A stretch of DNA of 48,636 bases, counting the filler, from Sphacelaria rigidula (Eukaryota), in the NCBI GenBank assembly GCA_964200075.2. It is 3 parts of 3 records of this genome, joined end to end, with 100 filler letters (N's around TTAATTAATTAA, not from the genome) between each part and the next. Parts side by side here need not be neighbours in the genome. Positions count along the whole stretch, not along the records: positions 1 to 16,146 come from CAXNAA020001465.1; 2 more parts are not named here. One strand, written 5' to 3'. The position numbers and the translations under genes are program-made. The notes beneath the pieces are model-generated. The model saw only the letters and a program-made list of their open reading frames with translations, made no database searches and had not been told where the DNA came from. Numbering within the stretch: position 1 is the first letter of the stretch; the number at the start of each line of letters is the position of its first letter. Positions 1 to 11,000 of this stretch are shown piece by piece.

Positions 1-30
1 GGTTACCAACTGAGCCACCGGGGCGACCGG
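1..30 (-). mobile_element. 5' tip of tRNA-derived SINE-like element (family 1), truncated by contig start
   Basis: ggttaccaactgagccaccggggcgaccgg nearly matches 28391-28420; its reverse complement contains the A-box-like TGGCTCAGTTGG. Confidence 0.7.
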
Positions 31-222
31 CAACGGTGGAAACAAGAATCCACCCCCACCTGTTATTATGACTGATCCTGCGTCGTTTTTTTAATTCAGG
101 AGCCCACGTTTTTTCAACATGTGACGGTTATTTTCGAGCAGTTCAAGAGCCAAGTTTTTGAATTTGAGAGCGCCACTTGTACAAACCCGCCCGCGCATAG
201 ACGAGCACGTGTGATGCTCAGC

Positions 223-636
223 GGGCAGGTGAACAGCGCACACACACAGTTGACATGAACACAGCTACACACATAGAGAACATGCTCAGCGGGCAGGGTA
301 TACTTGTAACCTTAACCTTGTTTGGTTTTGAAAAACGTTGATCCTGAGGTGTTTCGAACCATGATGCGGACCTTTAAGCACGCGGCCCTCTCACGCATTA
401 CGCTTGCAACCTTGCACTACTGTACTGCCTGTGCTTACAGAGTACAGCCTGTACTCGGACATGCAGTAGTACAAGGTTACAAGTATACCCTGCCCGCTGA
501 GCATGTTCTCTATGCGTGTAGCTGTATTCATGTGAACTATGTGCGTGCTGTTCACCTGCCCTGTCCGAGTACAAGCTGTACTCTACAAGCACAGAGAGTA
601 CAGTAGTGCAAGGTTGCAAGTGTAATGCGTGAGAGG
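223..636. repeat. Two interleaved inverted repeats (A-B-A'-B')
   Basis: 223-313 is the near-perfect reverse complement of 473-561; 387-461 is the near-perfect reverse complement of 562-636. Confidence 0.9.
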
Positions 637-949
637 AAAACGGTCAAGCGATAAAAAAACGGGGGAGAATTCCGATGCAGGTGAACAGCGATCACCCACC
701 CCAACACGCAGCTCGGTCGGTGGACCCTGCCACAAAATTAGATGCCCACGTTTTCGCCAACAAGTAGAAACGCCAAAAGTGTGGTGATGTAGGTTCAGGC
801 ACACGTTTCACTGTAGTAACATTGATGTGTGGCGGCCACGACTGCTGCAGTTCGTGTTATTGTCTTGTTATGTTCACAATGGCGGTAAACGTGGGGTGGC
901 ACCTCGAAGTCGTATGCTTCTCTAGTAGTACAGCAGCAGCAGCTGAACA

Positions 950-1195
950 CTATTGATTTTGCAACAAGAGAAGCTGATGCATACTGTATACAGTCCGTGT
1001 TCAGGTTCTAAAAAACACGGCATAATTGTGTTGTGTTCAGTGTAGTACACTGTACTACATATAATGGGGTCACGTTTTGAGCAGTTTTTCGAAAAGTTCT
1101 GCTTGTTTTTTTTTTCAAGTATCCTGGAAAAAATGAGACAGTTTTTTGTCACAGAAATCCGATGCCGAATCTGAAATGGCCTGAGACAACAACCA
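950..1195. repeat. Dispersed repeat block shared with 5310-5632
   Basis: gattttgcaacaagagaagctgatgca...catataatgg...gagcagtttttcgaaaa...tttttgtcacagaaatc...gccgaatctg...gcctgagacaacaacc recurs at about 5310-5632, and its start recurs again at about 4975-5030. Confidence 0.85.
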
Positions 1196-3649
1196 ATTTG
1201 AAAATTGGAATAAGAGGAGACGCGTGCATGTCATTTTCCAACTGAGAAGCGGCCGCTGCCGACTCTTTGTTTGGATATTGTCGGCGTGCGTCTGACACAA
1301 ATTATGGTTCTCATTGGGTTGCAAATAGATTTGACGAAAGCCAAGCACAATGTGACCAGCTAGAATTGTGTGTGTTTTGGCTCGCGGGGGCGGTGGGGAT
1401 CTTCCTTTCATGCATGATTGTTTTGGGATGTGTGCCGCACCTTTGCAGCGGGGCTCCTCGAGTCATGTGCGGTTGCTACGTTTCTCTTTGCTTTTGAGCT
1501 AATCAATTGGTGGTTTGCGCAAAACGCCTCAACCCCATTTAGCGCCCATGCGCCAGCAGGCCGCCTCCCCCGCCTGGGATACGGAGTCGTTGCTTTGGCG
1601 GAAGAGGTGACGCTTTCGTGTAAATAAGGAGGTGCGGGTCACCTAGGTCATCGCCACGGCGGGGCGAGGGGGGGGGGAGGAGGTACCTTTACTAAAGGCC
1701 CTGACTTCGAAGGCATGCCTTACTTTTTGCCTTGGAGTCCCTTTTCAGAAAAGGGTTGCCTGAGAGGCAGTATGGTGCCTGAGATGCCTTGTTTGGGCGA
1801 GGCAAACACATATACTACAACAAAGAAAAAAAGTAAAGCACACGAATTACTAGATATCGTGCATTTTGTTTTGCCCGTCAGTACACGACCTCCCCCCTTC
1901 CCACAAAAAGAGCCGCACACACACACAAACACACACACACATACACACACCAGTGCTGCTGTGAGCGGCCAAACACACGTTCTGCTGGACCCACAGGATG
2001 CCACGAGCAAGGAAAAAGGTGCCGAAGAGGGCGGGGCTACCTAATATGGGTTACATGGCTTTTTCGGGGTAACTTCGGGTAATTTGGTCCAAAATGTTGA
2101 ATTTATTCACAAGAAAAACTCCGCGGCTACCGACGTAGTCGGACGCCGGCGTCTCGACCCATGTTTCCCACTTCAACGCCTTTTCTTTGAAAGTCATGGC
2201 AGAATGAACGACTATAATAGATAGATCGCTCTGCTTTGCATTGCGGTTCCGATTTTCCTATCCTTTCTAACATTGGAAATGTAATGGAAAAGGGACAGAA
2301 GAGACGAACGCCTTCAATGAAAAGCGATGGGACTCGCCTACTTTGGCGGCATCTGAGCCGCCGGTGTGAAGGAGAGAGAGTGCTAGAGCTGTTAGGGCCC
2401 TCTTTAACGAAGAGGATTCCCCTTTTTCACGATCCACTTGAACCCTTAGGCAGCGATCCCCCCGCTGGTAGACTGAGGTAGACACTACACTTGTTGGGGT
2501 TCAGAATCATTCCTTTGTCACAACTCTAAACGCCTACTCTACGGCGGAAGGAACCGGGAGTGCATAAGAGGTACAGAGTTGCGTCATAACACAGACGGTG
2601 GTGTGGTTGTCGACCACCTGATTATTACGCCTCATATTTTTGCTGTGCAGTCTGTAGTGCATGTATCGTGCCGCGGCTGCACGTGCGGTCTGTGGCGTAC
2701 TAGATCTTACAGTGTTGAACGTGCCGAGTGTATGCAGCATGCGTTTGGATATCGCACCATGACTACCGCCACGAACGCTCCTGACTACCGTCGAGCAATT
2801 GCTCGGCGATGGCGGTCGCCTCACCGTCGAAGTACAGTACTTGTCTACATCTACGTGCGTCGTGTACTCGTGGCGGCCGCTCGCTTGTTGCGCCATGACG
2901 TTTGATACCAGATAAAGGTGTGGAGCTAGTACGACGCTCAGGCAGTACTGAACAGACAGACATGCACAGTCTACCGAAGATGCCCAAACACCTGCGTGTT
3001 GGTTATATAATCTATGGTTGATTAGGAATGATAAAAATGGGTTATGAGGTCGTGTTTTAACGAAACAAGGAACATGAGAATGCCACCTGCGGACATAAAG
3101 CATGAAAACCACGGGACTATAGTTCATACCAGGGCTCACGGCAGTAGACACACTACGCGTTAGCGATTTCACCACTAACCCATCCACACGTGGTAGGTCG
3201 GCCATGCCCCATACGCGCTCGAGTATCCATAGGCCACAAATATGTGAACGTGTGAACGTGCGAAGAAGAAAATATCATTTTGTAGAAAATTGTAAGATAT
3301 ACCGTGTACGTCTCCCTGGTACAGGCAGGCTCAAGAATAGCAGTCCGAAACACCCATAAATCTTCCCAAGTCACCCACCGCGTTCAATCGCGTATGACCA
3401 TGATTACCGACAATCGCGTTCGATCATGCCTACCGAGAAAAAAGACGCTGGAGATCACTAACCGTGCAGGAAAACAGACAGACTAGCGCGCTGGCCTCGC
3501 CCAAGCTCAAGTCCAACGTGCGGTGGAAGTGAAGACAAGGGTCGTATCAAAAGTGCCCCCATCACTTTTCAAAAAAACACTTGTGGAGAAGTGATGCCAC
3601 CACAACAACCAGTGATGAGTTTCATCGACAAGCAGTTATGTTGAGATCG

Positions 3650-5632
3650 AAGCCCAGATCTGCGCATGCACGTCTAGGTTCCAAGTTTTTGAATTTGCGC
3701 CTTCCATCGAATACTGGACGGGTTTCCGTCAAACAAAGACTGCCGTGTGTGGATAATGAGGTATCACTTGAGCGATGCGCGTGAGTGGTGCGTGTCTGTG
3801 CGCGTTTTTTCAGGGCTGGGTGTGTAGGTGTTGTCCTCCGTTGTTCCATCTTGTCGGCAGGATACCTTTGACCTGCTTGGACTAACGACCACACAAAAAC
3901 ATTGATTTGTGTAACGTGCAGATCTTGGTTCGAAGTTTTGAATTTAAATACAGCCCGTCAATCGGCGCAAGAAACCGAAGGGTTATGCGAGAACTGGGAG
4001 TTTTACCGGTTTTTGTTGCACGCACGCGTCGCCTTTCATCGAATACTGGACGGGTTTCCGTCAAACAAAGGCTGTCGTGTGTAGATGATGAGGTATCGCT
4101 TGAACGATGCGCGTGGGTGGTGGGTGTCTGTGCGTGTTTTTTCAGGGTCGGCAGCATACCTTGGACCTGCTTGGACTAACGACCACACAACAAGATTGAT
4201 TTGTGGAGCGTGCAGAGCTGGGTTCAAAGTTTCGAAATTGAATACAGCCCGTCGATCGGCGCAAGTAACCGAAGGGTTATGCGGAGACTGGGGGTTTTTC
4301 CTTTTTTTTTTTTTTTTCTCGGAAGGATCTCCCTTTATTCGATTTTTGGGCGGTTTTCCTCAAACGAAAGGCTTTCTTGTTTGNNCCGTAGTGTTTTTTT
4401 CTTTTTTTTTTTTTTTTGCACGCACGCATCGCCTTTCATCGAATACTGGACGGATTTCCGTCAAACGAAGGCTGTCGTGTGTGGATGATGAGGTATTGCT
4501 TGAACGATGCGCGTGGGTGGTGGGTGTCTGTGCGTGTTTTTTCAGTGCTGGGTGTGCAGGTGTTGTGCTCCGTTGTTGCATCTTGTCGGCATCATTACAC
4601 AGACCTTGAACCTGCTTGGACTAACGGCCACTGCCTCACCCGCCGCATTTCTCAACCTGCGTGCAGATTTATCTATCTGGATTACAACTTCTTGCATTTG
4701 AATATTTGAATACAGTCCGTCTTCAGGTTTCGAGCGGTGAATGAAATCAGCCGAAGAACTAAAACATGGGACATGTCTTGGCTCATTGTCTGATTGTACT
4801 GTAGCACAAACACAGTCACGTCCGCTCTCATGTGCCGTAGCTATCACTGTTCTGGGGTGTGTTTAGACCTTACGAAGACGGTTTGGTCTCCGCTGAGATT
4901 GCTTGATTGCTGCATATTTGATTTCGTCTCTCTGTAACCAAGTTGTAACATAAATGATCAATCAGGACGCTGTGATTTTGCAACAAGAGAAGCTGATGCA
5001 CACTGTATACAGTCCACCTTCAGGTTCTAAAACTAGATTTGTGCGAAGACTGGGAGTTTTACCGGTTTTTGTTGCACGCACGCGTCGCCTTTCATCGAAT
5101 ACTGGACGGATTTTCGTCAAACAAAGGCTGTCGTGTGTTGATGTCTGTGCGTGTTTTTTCAGGGCTGGGTGTGCAGGCGTTGTGCTCCGTTGTTGCATCT
5201 TGCGCAGACGGTTTGGTCTCCGCTGAGATTGCTTGATGTGCTGCATTGTTGTGTTCGTCTCTCTGTAATCAAGCTGTAACATAAAGCATCAATCAGGACC
5301 AGGACGCGGTGATTTTGCAACGAGAGGAGCTGACGCATACTGTACACAGTCCATCTTCAGGTTCAAAAACTAGAAAACACTGCAGAACTACCGTGTTGTC
5401 TTGTGTTGAGGGTAGTATTTTGTTCTCCATACACCACTGCAAAAGTGCCTTGTTTAGAGTGTATAACCCTGTCCTCCATATAATGGCGTCATGGTTCGAG
5501 CAGTTTTTCGAAAAATTTTGCTCGTTTTTCAAAAAGTTCTGCTGTTTTTTTGCAAAATATTCCGAGAAAAACGATAATGTTTTTTGTCACAGAAATCTAA
5601 TGCCGAATCTGGAATAGCCTGAGACAACAACC
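3650..5632. repeat. Composite repeat with ~330-400 bp tandem units (probable non-autonomous transposon)
   Basis: The core cgcctt(c/t)catcgaatactggacgg...cgtcaaacaaa(g)gctgtcgtgtg occurs at about 3698, 4030, 4430 and 5086; about 4870-5030 is duplicated at about 5203-5370. The overlapping ORFs simply repeat the same peptides. Confidence 0.85.
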
Positions 5633-6062
5633 AGTCCGAAGAGGATCTTTGGTTGGCATACCAAACCATACCGGAATGTTGGGTATACATTCCGGCATGG
5701 TCCGACAGGGTATCGAGCCCCGTTCCGGACAATCCGGTACAGTGCATGGTTAGGACGGGTATTTGACGATAAAACACTCTTTTGATCCGTCTGTAACTAT
5801 CCGAAATTTTAGCCGATATACCTGACATAACACAACCAACCTTGAGACTTTATCTTCAACCCTTAGACGGCGGGAGTAGGTAGGTCGTTGGTTGAATCGG
5901 CATCAATTTCAGATTATGAAAAGTATGCATTACCCAAATCGACCACCCTCGCGGTCGAAGGATTGACGGACGGCAGAGAAAATGCCTGAAAATACTCCCA
6001 ATTACACTCGCAACCTTTATCTTTTATTTTACAAATCTGATGCAACGCATGTTCCACCGGTA

Positions 6063-6345
6063 ACAATATTTCGTGAGATTGAGAGTGAAAAGCGGTGAAT
6101 TAGTGCATGAATCGTTTTATTTTCGAAATGCTCCCGAACGACGCCCGATATGCTTTCTGTAGTAGCTTGCCACTGAGGTCCTCGATATCCCTGAGTAGGA
6201 TATCGACATGTAGCTGTACCGTAAGCACACGCTAGTGATGGAGGCAAAGAGAACCACGCACGGAATACAACATTGGCTTGGTTGAAGCGAATGATCAAAG
6301 CCACTCTCGATCGGCGCTCTACTCTCAATCTCACGAATACGTTGT
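6063..6345. mobile_element. MITE-like element, copy 1
   Basis: Terminal inverted repeats acaatatttcgtgagattgagagt / actctcaatctcacgaatacgttgt, an internal hairpin tcgatatcc-N7-ggatatcga, and a second copy in opposite orientation at 20132-20429. Confidence 0.8.
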
Positions 6346-6421
6346 CCAGTGTCGAAACTACTCTGAATTTCTGCATGTGTTGGACGTCCTCCGCTTCTAA
6401 TGCCTCTGTTCAAATTCCCAG

Positions 6422-6710
6422 CTTTTTGTGCGCCAACTACTACCGACGGCTGCAGCTCTCCCCGGAGGATGTGCTCGGCCGCCCACTCGCGAGCATCGTG
6501 GATCCGCTAGATGTCAACGCTCTGAGGAATGCCGTCTATGCTGTCATGACCCAGGACACAGGACTTGACAGAGGGGGGCCTCCAGGCGGTAAAGGAGGAA
6601 CGCTTATCCACCTCAGGGTGGCATGCGGGGGTCTGATTTGCCAAGCCAGCATGACCCTTGTGCTCGGTACACAGGGACTCATCGTGGTGACCCGTCTGTA
6701 CGACATCTAG
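6422..6710 (+). CDS. Terminal exon of a PAS-domain protein (upstream exons not resolved)
   Basis: Acceptor ttcccag at 6415-6421 (phase 2), then FLCANYYRRLQLSPEDVLGRPLASIVDPLDVNALRNAV...LIHLRVACGG...QGLIVVTRLYDI-stop. This fits the PAS pattern GYSPEELIGRxxxxxVHPED plus terminal beta strands. Confidence 0.7.
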
Positions 6711-6819
6711 TCGAGACGTACCTACATACTTCCATGCTTGAAAGAACATTGCAACTGTTCCATGTACATACCATTGTAGACGATTAGAACGCTGTTGCAA
6801 TGAGCATCTGTCTATGCAT

Positions 6820-6902
6820 CGAGGTGCATTATCTTTTATTGGACACAACACACGTATTGTTCGAGGTGTATTATCTTTTATTGGACACAACACACGTATT
6901 GT
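6820..6902. repeat. 42-bp direct tandem duplication downstream of the PAS exon
   Basis: cgaggtg(c/t)attatcttttattggacacaacacacgtattgt occurs twice in tandem. Confidence 0.9.
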
Positions 6903-8053
6903 ACTCGGAAAAATCATTACGGAATCACTTCTATTAACTTTGCTTATGCATTTGGGTAAGAGCTCTCGCGTGGAAAGGTGGTGTGATTAGCGGCGTTCCA
7001 CCTATGGTGAGTGCCTGTGCATATGTATTATCAGAGTAGTCTATTTTCAAGGTCAGAAGGAGTGACTGTCGGTGGGATGCGGTGCCCAGTTGTTGCGTGA
7101 CGTTCATGCCCACGGAGGAAGCTTAGTAGCGATCTCGACGACAGTAATCTAGATCAAGAGCTTTCTGTATGCACCCATATCTCGTTGTCTATACTGACGT
7201 GGGGTTGCTGTGTCACGAAGGGTGTCTCGGGCGTCTTACAGATTGGATGTAAATCGCCACGTACGTGTTTCATGGCTCGTCTGTGTTTGAGGTCTTATTT
7301 CTCGCGTGTAACCGTGTCGCTGGGTCTTGTCGGAAAGGCGATGGTACGAAGGTTGGTTACGCAATGTACGCTAGCGTGCAAAAGTCGGCACCTCCGAGTA
7401 TCTTGTTGGGTACATATGTATAGCTAGAAGGAGCAGCAATGATCTGAACATAAAGTATCTCAATACACGTCGAGTACAAGGGAACAGAGCTGAGGATCAA
7501 CCTCGGCAGCATGTGATGTGGTGCCACAAGTTGCAGGCGCATCTGCGCAACCGGGACCGGGGGGTGGGACGACGTGGAACAGTATACTCGCGCCAGGAGT
7601 CGAATAGCTGGACTTTCTCCTTTCTAGCAGGACGCGCGTTTCACGGTGTGCCACGACGTCCTCTTCGTGTACCAGCGACATGGCATGGTCCTTTACAAAG
7701 TTCTTGTAGCACACCCTCCCTCAGATCGTGTACCTCACGTGTCGGCGAGTCAAATACTCTCCACATGATGTCCCCCCAAAGATGCAGAGAAGTCAATATA
7801 TTGTATGTAAATCGCCCTCATCGGCATAAGGTACATGCATGCCGTAGCGGTAACTGCAATGCATCAACCCAACACAAAAAAATATAAGTACAGGTCATGT
7901 TTTCGGGGGTGGACGAGTCGATGCGAAAGGACATCAACGAATGTCAGCACAGGACACACGGCAAGCGTACCACAGCAATGCCTCCCTCGCGGACATCGTG
8001 GAAAAAAAACACCGCGAGAAAGACCGGCGCACTTTGACGAATCTTGAAAATAT

Positions 8054-11000
8054 CTAGAAGGAGTGGTGTCCCACAGCCAAGGCGGTGGTGAGGATGCCGA
8101 ACACCAGGAACGGCTGCGCTGTTGCTTGGTACCTGTTGATATAATATATATAGAACATCAGGGCGTAAGGAATAAATGGAGACAGGGAGTGAACTTCGCA
8201 TGAGCGCTTCAATATGCTCACCATAGGTGCTCGAACACACTGTTACGCAAGACAAAACTAAAAGTCATAGCGGAATAAAAGACATCGACGCATGGTTTAG
8301 ACGACGGAACATACTGTTGGACGAGGTAAGATATTTTGGCGATGTTTCAAAAGTGTTTCAAAACACAGTCGATAATTGCGAACAGGTAACGTTGTGGGAT
8401 TCAAGTTACCCATTTTCTCGTGTGATGCAACTTGAGGTGGAGCATGGCGACTTTTATTATGATATTATACAGTAGCTCTCATCCGTCTTGGTTTTGCGAC
8501 ATGGAGAGACCGAGTTGTGAGAAACGCAGTTTTGGGGATTTTGGGAGTTCCACGGTCTGACTGCTACTTCGCAGAGTCAGACCGCAGGCAACGCCTACAC
8601 CAAGGACGCACGTTCATTGACAGCTATTATAACACGATTGGGTGTCGCATCTTCACTGATTCACCAGCTGAACACCAAAACGCTACAAGATTTTCTAGAT
8701 GACAAAGCCGAGAGACATGATGCTTAGATCAAGAATTGTATTCTGTCCCAAGAAACAATAGGGGCATGACTCACTTCACATCGTTTCCCACGGGGTCAGG
8801 CAGGAAGTACTTCCACTGTGCGAACACCTGCGGCAGCACAAACGCGGTCAGCACGGCGGCGTAGGTAGGTTCCCCGATAGAGTAAAGCCAAGCCGCAATT
8901 CCGAGCTGCGTGGCATCAATCGACCCGACGCAAATCCACTTCGCCTTCTCCACGCCGAAAGCAACAGGCAGAGACTGGAGGCCCAGCTCACGGTCTCCCT
9001 CCACGCTTTTGAAGTCATTCACAATCGCGATTCCCAAGCCTGCCCATGAGTATAACAACGTCAGAATCACCACCTGCGCAGAAAAGCGCACGATGCCCGC
9101 AGGAGAAGTGTCAGCTGAAGCCCTTGTTTTCTTGTGACAGACGATCCAGGGATGTCCTCCATTACCGTACAGGTAACATTACGCTGTGGAATGATGTGCA
9201 GTGGTGAGTTGAGCGCATCATTGAGGTTGCGAAAGCCAGGCAGCATTTGAGCGCACGAGCTCTCGTCGCTTTCAAGTTACAGCGAGCATAGCAGGGTACA
9301 CCCGATGTGCCTGTCACAGGAAGTGAAGGTAGCTCAACCCCCGCAGCTCAACATGTGCCATTTTTCTCTTCAGAACGGCATCTTGGGTAGTACGGCATAC
9401 TCACTCATGGGCCTCGAAACTGTGACAAACCATTTCATTATGCCGACTGGTAGAGCTCAGGTATACGAATGCACGGCGTACGTTTTGTGGCACGTGTGGT
9501 ATCACGTCTTGGCTAGCAAGTGCCGTGCATGCCTGAAAAGCGAGTGTACACGCCACAGGGCCGTGGGCTGGCAACCTGCTACTGCGTCCAGAAAGCGATA
9601 CATGCACAGAGAAAAACAATGAGATGGAAGACAAATCGTTCCATTACCTGGCACACCCACGCTGAACTAAAAATGACCAGAAGAATCCGACCAGTACACT
9701 TGCCTGAATGTTCAGCTCTCCGAACATGGCCTGTCCGCACCACCACGGGAGCGAGATGTACGAAGACCCAAGCGCGTAGTTTCCTGCCCACCCGTTCTGC
9801 TTCAGCTTGAGAGGCGGCGCCGAGTAGATATAAGAGATAAACGACCCGAAGACGGAAAGCAGGAAAACCGTGGGCACCTCGTGCCCCGCCCAAACGTCCA
9901 ACCCGTAGGCGATGCCCAGCCCCCCTAGCAGCAACACCCATATCTGTTCGATCACCTCTTTCTGCGCTCAGCATGCCCGGACCGGAAGCGTGCGTTTTCA
10001 CGCCGAGGTGAATCCCACGCATGTGCGCAGCAGACCAAAGCAGCAGAGGGAACGACGCACATGTTTCGCGGGGAAGCAAGAGAAAGCGGCCGGGAAAATT
10101 TCAGCAACCATTTTGCCTAGTTGGTCGTTGTACTCTGTCAGGCGCTGGAGATGCCACTTTCAGCTTCATGGCGTGCATTGGGTTCAGCGGCGAAGTGTTT
10201 TTGCCTCGTGAAATCGGGGCGTCGTGCGGGCAGCTTGGGAGAGTTGCACCTGAAAAGAAACACATACACATGTCAACTAGGTGAATCTCAGCTATTCGCA
10301 TGCGGCGTACCCCATCAGTTGGAACGATGCGACATGCCCCACAAATCGGTACAACCCTCGGGAGCTGGCCGGCGCACTGAGCCGTCCCGTCTTGCAAATT
10401 GTCACATGACCCGAATGAAGGCCAAGATAATACTTGATGGACGATACATCAAACTTAGTCCACACCCAGGCGTGGGGGGGGGAGGCGCGCAGGGTTATCC
10501 CACGATACCATAAGGGTAAACCAACCTCCGATATAGCCCCAGATGGGATGGGTCGGTACGGTTCGTTGATGGCGTCAATTTCCTTGTCGTACCAGTCGTT
10601 GATAGTCTGCAACGACGACAAAGACAACGAGAGAGGGGAGGAAGCAGCATCCCATAGCTGGCTGTCAGTATTGCGTACTCACAGACATCAGCACCGTGCG
10701 TGTGTTGACATCAAGATAAGTTAGGTTCACATTGATCTATCTGTCGGCGCACAAAGTGTGACGAACACAACAACTTTTGTCGGCGTTCACACGACGGAAT
10801 ATTATTCCGAAGTGGTAACGTGACTGGAGGATCGTAAAACGCTGCCGTGTAGCTAAGAGATAGGCGTGGGACTTGGCGCATCCCCAGCAAATGATCCTAC
10901 ATAGATCAAATCGCGCAAACTTGATAAAAGCAGTGGAAGAACTGCTGTGACATCGACACCATCATGTACGGTGTTCAGCGTGCTAGATGTTTTCCCAGTT

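Noticed and set aside
3622..5282. Family of similar small ORFs (THDSLCLTETRPVFD...)
   Set aside because: They arise from the tandem DNA repeat and show frame breaks between copies, so there is no coding signature.
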